From Candidatus Vogelbacteria bacterium (lineage in GTDB: Bacteria; Patescibacteriota; Minisyncoccia; Phycocordibacterales; XYD1-FULL-46-19), in NCBI GenBank assembly GCA_021414225.1, contig JAIOOX010000002.1, positions 236,597-300,596 on the forward strand: a stretch of DNA of 64,000 bases, in the 5' to 3' direction. The position numbers and the translations under genes are program-made. The notes under the pieces were generated by a model, which saw nothing but the letters and a program-made list of their open reading frames with translations, ran no database searches and was not told where the DNA came from. The number at the start of each line of letters is the position of its first letter. Positions within the stretch are counted from its first letter, which is position 1. Positions 55,710 to 64,000 of the stretch are shown one piece after another.

Positions 55710-58547
55710 ATGCCATACCGCGCCGTAAAACATACATTCACCGGAAGCACCACTCCTATTACTTCCTACGATTACACCAAAACCAATTTGGGAACATTAA
55801 TGGTGCAAAATACTGGATCGCTCGCAACTGACAAATACGTCGGGCCAATTCCAATGGCCGTTGCAACTCCAATGCAAGAAGTAGTCGATACTGTGGGCAC
55901 TGTTTCTGTATCTGGTACAGCAGTTACCGGCAATAGCACCAATTTTCAAACGTCCATGATCGGTATGGCGATCGGATTCGGCTCAACAGACCCTGCAAAA
56001 GTAACAGCGTGGTACAGCATCTCAGCTCGAGCATCAACTACCGGCATCACTCTGGGTTCTTCAGCGGGAACTATCGGCGCCACTACGCCGTATGTTGTCG
56101 TCTATAACACACCCATGATGTATCCCCATGTCATGACATATAGCTCGACTATTGACTGGGTGTTTATGATTGAGAACTTGGCCACCTCTGTTGCACCAAG
56201 AAAGATTTGTCTGTATGAATACAATAAAACTACTTCGGTCTACACTTGGAAAGGTTTCGTTGTCGCAACCCTACTGACCTCAGCCGCAGCGCACACTTTG
56301 CGTGGCTTTCGAGCACTGAGATATCTACACACCACCGGCACCGTTGAAGTCTCAGGCACTGCCGTTACCGGATCAGGCACCGCATGGCTCGACGAAGGTA
56401 TTGCTGTCGGTGCGCGTATTGGTTTTGGATCGACCGACCCAACAGCTATTGTTAGTTGGTATGTTATCTCAGCCATTGGCGGTGAGACAGGAATCACTCT
56501 TGCAAGTTCTGCCGGCACTCTTGCCACTGGCACCGCATACGTAATCGAGGAACTCCGTTTTGCGATCACCTCCACCAACGCCACCGTCGCCAATGGCGGA
56601 TTACACCTCGTCAAAGGAGTAAATTATGATGATTTCGTGCCTACAGGCACCACGATTGCCGTCGCAACGACGACTGACAATATCAAAGCGACGTATTGGC
56701 TCTCTGACGCCGGCACTGCCGGTAACGTCGTTACCAACCAATCAGCGTGTGGACTCACCGTCGCTCCTGAAGTGAGCAAGGGCTTGCACTATGCGTATGT
56801 CCTTGATGGTTTTGGTTCGACTTTTGCGCGCGTCTACCGCTACAACCTCCGCGCCACCGGTACTATCGCTTCAGGCAAAATGACCATGTCGATTGCCTAT
56901 TATACAACTGGCACCGTGCAAGTAGCCGGCACCGCAGTCACTGGATCGGGCACAACATTCACTTCAAGCATGGTTGGAATGAAAATTGGCTTTAATGCGA
57001 CAAGCCCGGCCACGGTCACAACCTGGTATACGATCGCCTCTTTTACTGATGCGGCAAACATTACCCTGACAACATCAGCAGGAACAATTGGTGCTGGCGC
57101 GGTATATATTATTGATACAGCTGATGTTGTCTCTACCGCCCCCCAACTGGTAACCGGTACGTTATCAGGAGTAAATAACGGCCGATACGGCACTCTCAAT
57201 CATGGCCCATGGGCAGGAGAAGCGTCCTTGTTTTTTGTCACTACCACCCGTATTTATCGCGCCAATGTCGCCAAAATATTTGCCGGCAATTTGGGCTGGA
57301 TTTCTGATAACCGCCCAGAAATTCCACCAGGATCAGCAAGCACCTTCCCGGCGACATCACTTTTGAGTAGTGTCGAGATCGCAGACAATATGGATCGACT
57401 TATTGTCGCCACTACTGGCGCTACTGGGGTCAGACACTATATCACCAAATACCCCACTGCAGCCGGAGATCCTTTTGACCACATCTGGGGTGTAGATGAT
57501 AAACAACAAGACCAAGCGTCGTCTCTGGGCAATGCCTACATCTCTTCTGGCACTGTTGCCGTGTCAGGCACGGCAGTCACCGGCACCAACACCTTCTTTG
57601 TCGCCGCCATGGTGGGCTATCGTATCGGATTCGGATCAACCAATCCAACCGCGATTTCTACTTGGTATACCATTTCCGCTTTTACCTCTCTGACATCTAT
57701 TACCCTTTCATCGGGCGCCGGCACAATCGGTGCAGGCTCGGCCTATGTCATTGATTGGAATAGCTATACGGTGCCTCATTTTAATACCGCTTCTCAAATC
57801 ATTTCTCTATGGAGTGAAAATGGTATTGCTCATATCGTCAAACATGGCACCACCACCGCCCTATCACAAATGTATTCATTACCGCTTTCTGCACATTGGA
57901 CATACGCAGCATCGACTAACCAGCGAGTAATCACTCCTGCCTTATATACCCCCGACTGTACTCAGTTTCGTAATGTGGCAGTTACTCATGATGATAGACT
58001 TGGAACAGGAGAATTTGCCATCAATACCGAACCATATCGTATTTATTTTAGAACAAAGGGCATTATCAACAACGCTGGTGAATGGACTCTCATCGATCCT
58101 GATGGTGACTTGACTGGCCTTGTCGGAGCGCCACGCATCCAATTCATGTTTGAATTTTCAACTGTTGGTACGTTCTGCATTCCGGCTCGCATCATGAGTC
58201 TCACGGTCGTCTATGATGATACCGGCACCACCACCGATTCTCATTATCAACCATCACCAGGATTATCAAATGCGAGCAGTAAACAATTTGTGTGGCGCTT
58301 TGCGACGGCTTTTGGTGGAACCGTACCAACCTTAAGAATTAGACTATACAATGCCGTGACTAATGATCTGCTTGTCGACGACTACACTACTTCTACCAAC
58401 AGTGGCACCTGGGCAAAGTCGACCAACAGTGGTGGCGCGTGGGGATCGTACAATACGACCGATAAAGGTAATGAAACCACCTATATTCGCTACACACCAG
58501 CGTCATTAGGTGATAATATAAAAGTAAGAGCAGTATTAACCCAATAA
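55710..58547 (+). CDS. large paralog 3 of the tandem triplet (945 aa) with four clear copies of the ~75-aa repeat
   Basis: The head is MPYRAVKHTFTGSTTPITSYDYTKTNLGTLMVQ. Repeat starts include GTVSVSGTAVTGNSTNF, GTVEVSGTAVTGSGTAW, GTVQVAGTAVTGSGTTF and GTVAVSGTAVTGTNTFF. The C-terminal module is conserved. Confidence 0.6.
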   Translation: MPYRAVKHTFTGSTTPITSYDYTKTNLGTLMVQNTGSLATDKYVGPIPMAVATPMQEVVDTVGTVSVSGTAVTGNSTNFQTSMIGMAIGFGSTDPAKVTAWYSISARASTTGITLGSSAGTIGATTPYVVVYNTPMMYPHVMTYSSTIDWVFMIENLATSVAPRKICLYEYNKTTSVYTWKGFVVATLLTSAAAHTLRGFRALRYLHTTGTVEVSGTAVTGSGTAWLDEGIAVGARIGFGSTDPTAIVSWYVISAIGGETGITLASSAGTLATGTAYVIEELRFAITSTNATVANGGLHLVKGVNYDDFVPTGTTIAVATTTDNIKATYWLSDAGTAGNVVTNQSACGLTVAPEVSKGLHYAYVLDGFGSTFARVYRYNLRATGTIASGKMTMSIAYYTTGTVQVAGTAVTGSGTTFTSSMVGMKIGFNATSPATVTTWYTIASFTDAANITLTTSAGTIGAGAVYIIDTADVVSTAPQLVTGTLSGVNNGRYGTLNHGPWAGEASLFFVTTTRIYRANVAKIFAGNLGWISDNRPEIPPGSASTFPATSLLSSVEIADNMDRLIVATTGATGVRHYITKYPTAAGDPFDHIWGVDDKQQDQASSLGNAYISSGTVAVSGTAVTGTNTFFVAAMVGYRIGFGSTNPTAISTWYTISAFTSLTSITLSSGAGTIGAGSAYVIDWNSYTVPHFNTASQIISLWSENGIAHIVKHGTTTALSQMYSLPLSAHWTYAASTNQRVITPALYTPDCTQFRNVAVTHDDRLGTGEFAINTEPYRIYFRTKGIINNAGEWTLIDPDGDLTGLVGAPRIQFMFEFSTVGTFCIPARIMSLTVVYDDTGTTTDSHYQPSPGLSNASSKQFVWRFATAFGGTVPTLRIRLYNAVTNDLLVDDYTTSTNSGTWAKSTNSGGAWGSYNTTDKGNETTYIRYTPASLGDNIKVRAVLTQ

Positions 58548-58562
58548 TTTTTTTAACTTTTT

Positions 58563-59150
58563 ATGATTTATTTAACTAAAGGTCAGCCATTACTAGATAA
58601 CCCAAACTTGGTAGTTTATGATCCAACTGGTTATTATAACGATGGAGATTCCGTGATCTGTGCCTCAATCGGGTTACCAGAAGAGCCAGTTTGTCGTTAT
58701 GAAGCCAAATATGTTCTTTATGGCGGAATGGTCTATTCTATCTCTAACCCGGATGATTTAATGACTGAAATAATAAAAATAGATCCGGCTAGTTTGTTTG
58801 GTAAGGACAGTCAACAAGTCGCCGTCGACAAAATGGTGGAAAAAATAGTACCCCAAGAACCCGGTGAAGTAGTTGAAGAAGCAACAACAGAGGAGGTTGA
58901 TCCAACAGATACTTTAACCGAAGAAGAAATCATCAATGACCCTTTGATTGAAACTGAAGATAGTGAGATTACCGACCCCACTTCAACTACCACACCAGAT
59001 GCTATTATCCCAGAAGTTATTACTCCTTTAGAGACCACTTCAACCACTTCTCCAACCAACGTAATAGAAGCTACCCAAACCGCAACCACTGACCCAGTCA
59101 CTATTGATTCTGTTGTAGGTACATCGACCGACACCACTAGTAATTTATAA
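58563..59150 (+). CDS. hypothetical protein with acidic T/S/P/E-rich low-complexity C-terminal half
   Basis: A 195-aa ORF. It may be a partner of the triplet locus. Confidence 0.35.
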   Translation: MIYLTKGQPLLDNPNLVVYDPTGYYNDGDSVICASIGLPEEPVCRYEAKYVLYGGMVYSISNPDDLMTEIIKIDPASLFGKDSQQVAVDKMVEKIVPQEPGEVVEEATTEEVDPTDTLTEEEIINDPLIETEDSEITDPTSTTTPDAIIPEVITPLETTSTTSPTNVIEATQTATTDPVTIDSVVGTSTDTTSNL

Positions 59151-59157
59151 ATAACCT

Positions 59158-59340
59158 ATGGCGATTATTGATATTGTTGGACAATCAGGAGACGCTCAGG
59201 ATTTTATTCTAGAAATTCCCACCGGCAATGCTAGTTATGTTCCCGCTGACACCCTCGTTGAAGACGATGGCTCTTTGCTTTGTGTCGAAATACCAGAAGT
59301 GACTGGAGGTGGTGGAAATATCTTTATCATGTCAGAATAA
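59158..59340 (+). CDS. small hypothetical acidic protein
   Basis: A 60-aa ORF immediately upstream of tatC. Confidence 0.25.
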   Translation: MAIIDIVGQSGDAQDFILEIPTGNASYVPADTLVEDDGSLLCVEIPEVTGGGGNIFIMSE

Positions 59341-59343
59341 CTA

Positions 59344-60087
59344 TTGTGTCTGACTGAAGTAATTTCGCCAATGGATGAATTTGAAGAAAAATTAAAAGAA
59401 TACAGTCCCTATCTCGAGGATTTATTCCGCCGAATCTACATCATAACTATTGCTTTTATTGGTTTTTTTGTCGTTGGTTTTTTTCTAGCTGGACCAATCA
59501 TTAAGTTGTTGACCAGTTTTTTTGACTTCAAAGACGTCACCCTAGCCACCACTTCCCCTTTTCAATTTGTCGGACTAGCTATGGATGCCGGTTTGTTTTT
59601 TGCGATGATTTTTTGTATCCCATTATGTGTTTATCATCTCTATAAATTCACTGGGACTGGCTTAAGAAAAAAGGAGCGGACTATGATTTTACTCATCCTA
59701 CCTCTCAGCCTAATACTCTTTTTACTTGGCTTTGCTTATTGTTTCTCTATGCTCTACTTTACAATGCAAACCCTCGCCACCATTAATGTTGGTTTCGGTT
59801 TTACCAATCTCTGGGATATTAGTATGTTTTTATCACAAATAATCTCCACCTCAGTCTTACTTGGCCTCCTCTTTGAATTCCCTATTTTGATGACAGTTTT
59901 GGTTAAATTTGAGATGTTTAATGTTAATTTTTTAAAAGAAAAGAGGCGTCATGTTTTTTTTGTGATGTTTATTTTAACTTCTTTACTTCCCCCAACTGAT
60001 GGTATATCATTATTATTAATGGTATTACCACTTATTGTTATGTATGAAGCAACAATCATTTATAACATGCTTAATACCGGGCGTTAA
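59344..60087 (+). CDS. tatC: twin-arginine translocase subunit TatC
   Basis: A six-TM protein with TatC family blocks (RRIYIITIAFIGFFVVGFFLA...; LSLILFLLGFAYCFSML; PPTDGISLLLM). Confidence 0.8.
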   Translation: MCLTEVISPMDEFEEKLKEYSPYLEDLFRRIYIITIAFIGFFVVGFFLAGPIIKLLTSFFDFKDVTLATTSPFQFVGLAMDAGLFFAMIFCIPLCVYHLYKFTGTGLRKKERTMILLILPLSLILFLLGFAYCFSMLYFTMQTLATINVGFGFTNLWDISMFLSQIISTSVLLGLLFEFPILMTVLVKFEMFNVNFLKEKRRHVFFVMFILTSLLPPTDGISLLLMVLPLIVMYEATIIYNMLNTGR

Positions 60088-60121
60088 AGAAAATTTATAA
60101 ATTAAAACCCATTTAAATAAT

Positions 60122-60298
60122 ATGTTTGGACTTGGAACAAAAGAATTAATTATTATAGCAGTCATTTTTATTTTATTGTTTGGTGCCAAAAGAATTCCGG
60201 AATTAGCTAAAAGTTTAGTTGATGCAATTAAACACATTAGAGGAGCCTTCAAAGATTTAGATGAACCTAAATCAGACACTGATAACAAGAAAAAATAA
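60122..60298 (+). CDS. tatA: twin-arginine translocase subunit TatA/E (58 aa; not in ORF track because <60 aa)
   Basis: MFGLGTKELIIIAVIFILLFGAKRIPELAKSLVDAIKHIRGAFKDL has the classic TatA TM plus amphipathic helix with the FG..K.PE hinge. It is found by manual translation from the ATG at 60122. Confidence 0.75.
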   Translation: MFGLGTKELIIIAVIFILLFGAKRIPELAKSLVDAIKHIRGAFKDLDEPKSDTDNKKK

Positions 60299-60310
60299 TA
60301 ACTCTCTATT

Positions 60311-60351
60311 AAAAAAACAGCCTTAAGTGATCACTTAAGGCTGTTTTTTTT
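60311..60351. terminator. bidirectional intrinsic terminator between tatA and murF
   Basis: AAAAAAA-CAGCCTTAAGTGATCACTTAAGGCTG-TTTTTTTT. The 26-bp palindrome folds as an 11-bp stem with a gatc loop, flanked by an A-run and a T-run. Confidence 0.7.
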
Positions 60352-60362
60352 AATAAAGCACA

Positions 60363-61670
60363 TTATTTATCCTGCCAGATAGTTTCTTGCCGACATAATA
60401 ATTCTTCTCTTCGATTTGGTTCTAACATTACCTCGGCCACCACCTTTTCCATTCTCATACTCTGCGAACCCTTAACAAAAACCAAGTCACCCACTTTTAA
60501 TAATTCTTGGAGTTTTCGACCAGCTTGAACCGAATCATCAAAACTAAAAATTTGATTATCTTTCATCCCTCTTTCTTTGGCACCCTCAATTACAAATTTG
60601 GATCGTAGACCAACCGTCAGCAATAAGTCACAAATGGTGCCGACATGCTCACCAACAGACCGATGGGCTTCGATGGTCCTATCTCCTAACTCCAACATAT
60701 CAGCCAAAACAGCAATTCGACGGCCTTTAGTTTTAATTTTGGACATAGCCATCAACCCAGCTTCCATCGCCGCTGGCGAGGCATTATAGGTATCATCAAT
60801 GATAGTTGTTTCTTTGATCCCTGGAATAACCCGTAATCGCCCAGCTGGGCCAACAAAATTAGCCAAGGCCTGCACTCCTTGCTCAGGACTAATACCATTT
60901 AACTCCCCCACTGCTAAAGCGGTTAAAATAGCATAAATCTGATGCCCCCCTATTAAACCAGGTAAGTGAACTTGGTAACTTTCATTATTATGTTTAATAG
61001 TAAAACCAATTCCTCTGACTGTGTTATTTTGATTATATTCAATTACTTCCGACGACGATTGCCAATCATTATTTTTACCAAAACCAACAGTCGTTATCAC
61101 ACCTTTAAGGTTTGGTAAATATTTCAAAATATTTTTATCATCACCATTGGCTACTGTCTGACCAGAAGTATTTAATTTATAAGCCAACTGAAGGTCCTCT
61201 TCAAACAAAGCCGAGTCTGATGAAAAAAATTCAACGTGGACTGGGTTATCGGGAAAGGCAGTTAGGACTGCTATATTGCAAGGCAACCATTTAGCAATGG
61301 CTTTAATTTCACCTGGCTTATCAGCTCCCACTTCTAACACTAACCATTCAGGAAAATTTCGAGAAAAAACAACTTCATAAGCCCCCCAAATAATATTATT
61401 TAACCATAAACCAAAATTAGACCATCCAGTTTTTAAATTTAAAATAGTCAGCGGAACCCCAAAATCACTATTGTAACTTTTGGCACTCTTTCGTATTTGG
61501 TACTGAGAAGCCATCACAACCGCAATCGCTTCTTTAGTACTAGTTTTACCTACACTCCCAGAGACGCCGATAACCTTCGGTCGATGACGTCTGAGCATTA
61601 ATTTGGCTTCAAAAGTAATAACCCCAATAATTAACGGCTTCAGGAAGTTTTTAAGATATAATTTTATCAT
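60363..61670 (-). CDS. murF: UDP-N-acetylmuramoyl-tripeptide--D-alanyl-D-alanine ligase
   Basis: The Mur ligase ATP-binding P-loop GVSGSVGKTSTKE and central and C-terminal Mur ligase domains. It follows ftsI in dcw order. Confidence 0.85.
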   Translation of the reverse strand: MIKLYLKNFLKPLIIGVITFEAKLMLRRHRPKVIGVSGSVGKTSTKEAIAVVMASQYQIRKSAKSYNSDFGVPLTILNLKTGWSNFGLWLNNIIWGAYEVVFSRNFPEWLVLEVGADKPGEIKAIAKWLPCNIAVLTAFPDNPVHVEFFSSDSALFEEDLQLAYKLNTSGQTVANGDDKNILKYLPNLKGVITTVGFGKNNDWQSSSEVIEYNQNNTVRGIGFTIKHNNESYQVHLPGLIGGHQIYAILTALAVGELNGISPEQGVQALANFVGPAGRLRVIPGIKETTIIDDTYNASPAAMEAGLMAMSKIKTKGRRIAVLADMLELGDRTIEAHRSVGEHVGTICDLLLTVGLRSKFVIEGAKERGMKDNQIFSFDDSVQAGRKLQELLKVGDLVFVKGSQSMRMEKVVAEVMLEPNRREELLCRQETIWQDK

Positions 61671-61672
61671 TG

Positions 61673-63421
61673 TTAAATTGTCGCTGATACTTTATCTCGA
61701 CTAACAGTTTCTCGATCGGGAGGTAATTCATAATAGTTAATCATAAATTTAGCAATATTCATAAATGGATCCGTCAAAGTATCAGAGGCAAATCTGGCCC
61801 CATTTTTAGGATAAACCATGTAAATTAAAGTAACAAATCGGGGTTGATAAGCTGGATAGTAACCAACAAAAGAATGCAAAAAACGATCATCATAATATTT
61901 GCCCCCAGGACCTGCCATTTGAGCAGTTCCGGTCTTAGCCGCTATCGCGTAACGCTCCATCCGCTTAGTCCCATTAAGCAAAGCGTGGTCAACAGCATTA
62001 ACCATTATTTGAGTCATATCATCGGTCGCCTGACGACCAAGCACCTCCCTAGTCACCTTAGGTTGGACAATATAGTTTCCACCATCATTGTATCTAATTT
62101 CCTTAACAACATGGGGTTCAATCAATTTACCCCCGTTAGCTAGTGACGCAAAAGCCTTGATGGTAGCAATAGGAGTTAGAGCGATTCCTTGACCAAAGGA
62201 AACAGTAGCGTAGTTCACTTCTTCCTTACTATTTAAATTCCGTGTCAGGCCTGGAATTTCATCTGGTAGATCAATCCCTGTTTTTTCACCTAAACCATAA
62301 GCCAACATATATTTACGGAAAGTATCTCGACCCAACCTTTGTTCAATAAAAACCGCCCCTGTGTTCATAGATTGATCAATAATAGTTTGCATCGGCACCA
62401 CCCCACGCACTTTTTTGTCGTGGTTCATGATTGTTTTACCATTTAATTTAACAAAACCTTTATCTTCAAAAGTAGTCTCTGGTTTGATCACTCCCGCATC
62501 AAAACCAGCCGCCATCGTCAACGGTTTAATGACTGAACCCATCTCAAATACCCTCTCCACAATTGGGTTTGGTAAGTTTGTGATATCTTTTTGTTTTTCG
62601 TTCGGATTAAAGTTCGGATAAGAAGCCATAGCCACAATAGCGCCAGTATTAGGATCCATCACAATCACCCCGCCAGAATCAGCTTGCCATTTATCTAAAA
62701 CCCCCTTCAATTCTCTTTCAACTGTATTTTGAACGACTGGCTCAATCGATAAGACTAAATCACCTTCCCTGGTAGTTGGCGAATCGCTCAATATACTTTT
62801 TCCTAAACCCATAAAAATCTCAGCAAAAAAACTAGCAAACGATCCTGTCTCTTTGTGATCCAAAACTGGTTGATAATATTTTTCTAGTCCGTAACGACCA
62901 ACATAATCTTCCTCTTTAAAAGCCATAAAACCGAGCACATGCGACGCTGTTGGTCCCGCTGGATAAAAACGAATCTTTTCTTTAATCAAATAAACACCAG
63001 CTAACTCTAAACCTCTAATGGCAGTCGCTTCTTCTTGATTTAAACTATCTTTAATTTCTTCATACAAACTACCTGGCCGATTCAATTTATCCATAAACAG
63101 ATCCTTATCTACAGCGGTTACTTTATTCAGTTCAGTGTAAACCTGTTCTTTGTCTTTAATCATCTTAGGATTTACTGTCAGCAAAAATTCTTGTTTTAAA
63201 GTAGCCGCCGATACTATATCTCCTTTTCTATTTTGAAAATAAATTGACCCTCGATTAAAAAAAGTGGTGGCTGATTTTAAATATTGACGGTCAGATTGTT
63301 CAGCATAATAATCACCCTTAATTACTTGCAGAAAAAACAACCTCACCATAAAAAGACCTCCCATTAAGAGGACTAGACCTAAAACTAGCCTAATTCTGAT
63401 TCTACCTTTTTGTTGTGACAT
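61673..63421 (-). CDS. ftsI: penicillin-binding protein 2x/FtsI-type transpeptidase
   Basis: An N-terminal TM and PBP dimerisation domain are followed by a transpeptidase with SxxK (GSVIKPLT), SxN (SMNTG) and KTG (AKTGTAQ). Confidence 0.85.
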   Translation of the reverse strand: MSQQKGRIRIRLVLGLVLLMGGLFMVRLFFLQVIKGDYYAEQSDRQYLKSATTFFNRGSIYFQNRKGDIVSAATLKQEFLLTVNPKMIKDKEQVYTELNKVTAVDKDLFMDKLNRPGSLYEEIKDSLNQEEATAIRGLELAGVYLIKEKIRFYPAGPTASHVLGFMAFKEEDYVGRYGLEKYYQPVLDHKETGSFASFFAEIFMGLGKSILSDSPTTREGDLVLSIEPVVQNTVERELKGVLDKWQADSGGVIVMDPNTGAIVAMASYPNFNPNEKQKDITNLPNPIVERVFEMGSVIKPLTMAAGFDAGVIKPETTFEDKGFVKLNGKTIMNHDKKVRGVVPMQTIIDQSMNTGAVFIEQRLGRDTFRKYMLAYGLGEKTGIDLPDEIPGLTRNLNSKEEVNYATVSFGQGIALTPIATIKAFASLANGGKLIEPHVVKEIRYNDGGNYIVQPKVTREVLGRQATDDMTQIMVNAVDHALLNGTKRMERYAIAAKTGTAQMAGPGGKYYDDRFLHSFVGYYPAYQPRFVTLIYMVYPKNGARFASDTLTDPFMNIAKFMINYYELPPDRETVSRDKVSATI

Positions 63422-63426
63422 GAAAA

Positions 63427-63759
63427 CTAACGTTGAAGTGAGAGAGTCAAAGTTGTATCAGTGTTACGAGTCGCAAAGTGAGCATTGTCACCAGTTTCCA
63501 TAAAACCCATTTCTTTAGCTCTCTCTAGGTTTATTGTAGCGGAAATTGCCATATAGTCACTAACTAAAGCGGTAATATCCGTCTCAACAGTAGCTATCTT
63601 TTCTTCTGATTCTTTGCGAGCAGCCACATGAAAAATAGAGTCATTTATTAAGTAAACATAACCAAAACCCATCAATACTACTAGCACCCCCAAAACTCCT
63701 ACTATTTTTTGTTCGATATTTTCAACAGCGGCCAAATGATTAAGAGTTTTAGTGTACAT
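63427..63759 (-). CDS. ftsL: FtsL-like small bitopic cell-division protein
   Basis: A 110-aa ORF with a single TM (IVGVLGVLVVLMGFGYVYLI). It sits between rsmH and ftsI. Confidence 0.4.
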   Translation of the reverse strand: MYTKTLNHLAAVENIEQKIVGVLGVLVVLMGFGYVYLINDSIFHVAARKESEEKIATVETDITALVSDYMAISATINLERAKEMGFMETGDNAHFATRNTDTTLTLSLQR

Positions 63760-63780
63760 GGTAATAAAGTTATTAATAAA

Positions 63781-64000
63781 TTATATTTTTTGGATAATCC
63801 GTAATTGAGCACTCCGGGACCGAGGATTACTGAGTTGTTCCTCGCGAGTTGACTTGATGGCTTTTTTGGTAATGATTTGACCAACTTCTTGAGTGTGTAA
63901 TTCTTTGAAAAATTCTTTAACAATTCTAGCCTCAAGACTATGGAAACTGATCACCGCCAACCGACCCCCTTGATCTAATAGTTTAAAACTACCAGCCAAA
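63781..64000 (-). CDS. rsmH: 16S rRNA (cytosine1402-N4)-methyltransferase RsmH/MraW, C-terminal part (N-terminus lies beyond the window end)
   Basis: [23 protein letters not shown] matches the conserved [18 protein letters not shown] block of RsmH. The frame stays open to base 64000. Confidence 0.7.
   Translation of the reverse strand, partial: LAGSFKLLDQGGRLAVISFHSLEARIVKEFFKELHTQEVGQIITKKAIKSTREEQLSNPRSRSAQLRIIQKI

Noticed and set aside
50922-57199. Multiple Cys/His-rich or Pro-rich short ORFs in alternative frames and antisense inside the three large paralogs (e.g. 51179-51391, 53591-53929, 56240-56614)
   Set aside because: They are frame artefacts of GC-richer, repeat-containing coding sequence. 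The long frames are clearly the real genes.
63702-63999. ORFs 63702-63935 and 63781-63999 as independent small genes
   Set aside because: The second is the C-terminal part of rsmH continuing beyond the window. The first is an overlapping alternative frame.

Overview
This window is AT-rich (about 35-38% GC by eye), uses the standard code (TGA is a stop), and looks like part of a small, streamlined bacterial genome, probably Patescibacteria/CPR-like. The backbone is ordinary housekeeping genes:
- an ABC exporter fragment;
- a T-box leader plus an archaeal-type aspS;
- scpAB;
- a split dcw cluster (mraY-ftsW-murG at 5.7-9.0 kb and rsmH-ftsL-ftsI-murF at 60.4-64 kb);
- gltX, cysS, dnaB, recR, rmuC;
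- ribosomal proteins L27, L9 and L21;
- an S41 CtpA-like peptidase, an M23 peptidase and a CorA-like transporter.

Several accessory features are embedded in this backbone.
- **GC-rich cassettes.** At least five GC-rich genes (50-58% GC) sit in three places (23.2-25.2 kb, 32.9-33.3 kb, 43.7-44.3 kb). Each has its own near-consensus sigma70 promoter and a GC-rich intrinsic terminator.
- **RloC-like island.** A 3.5-kb insertion flanked by 32-bp direct repeats carries an RloC/PrrC-like ABC ATPase with a zinc-hook and a candidate anticodon-nuclease motif.
- **Integrative island (36.2-43.6 kb).**
  - Contents: a CsoR-controlled copper module; a DUF4238 (Rst_DUF4238-like) gene overlapping a TPR-like partner; a structured non-coding RNA candidate; an HTH protein; and a large serine recombinase.
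  - Its boundary: the recombinase 3' end runs antisense into a tRNA-Glu(CUC).
- **Surface-protein locus.** Adhesin-like proteins plus a dockerin-bearing gene that is broken by frameshifts next to two 142-bp perfect direct repeats.
- **Triplet plus Tat.** A tandem triplet of 800-950 aa paralogs has no signal peptides and carries a novel internal repeat of about 75 aa. Two copies share a 97-nt block that is 100% identical, and the triplet lies directly upstream of tatC-tatA.

No rRNA gene or CRISPR array was found.
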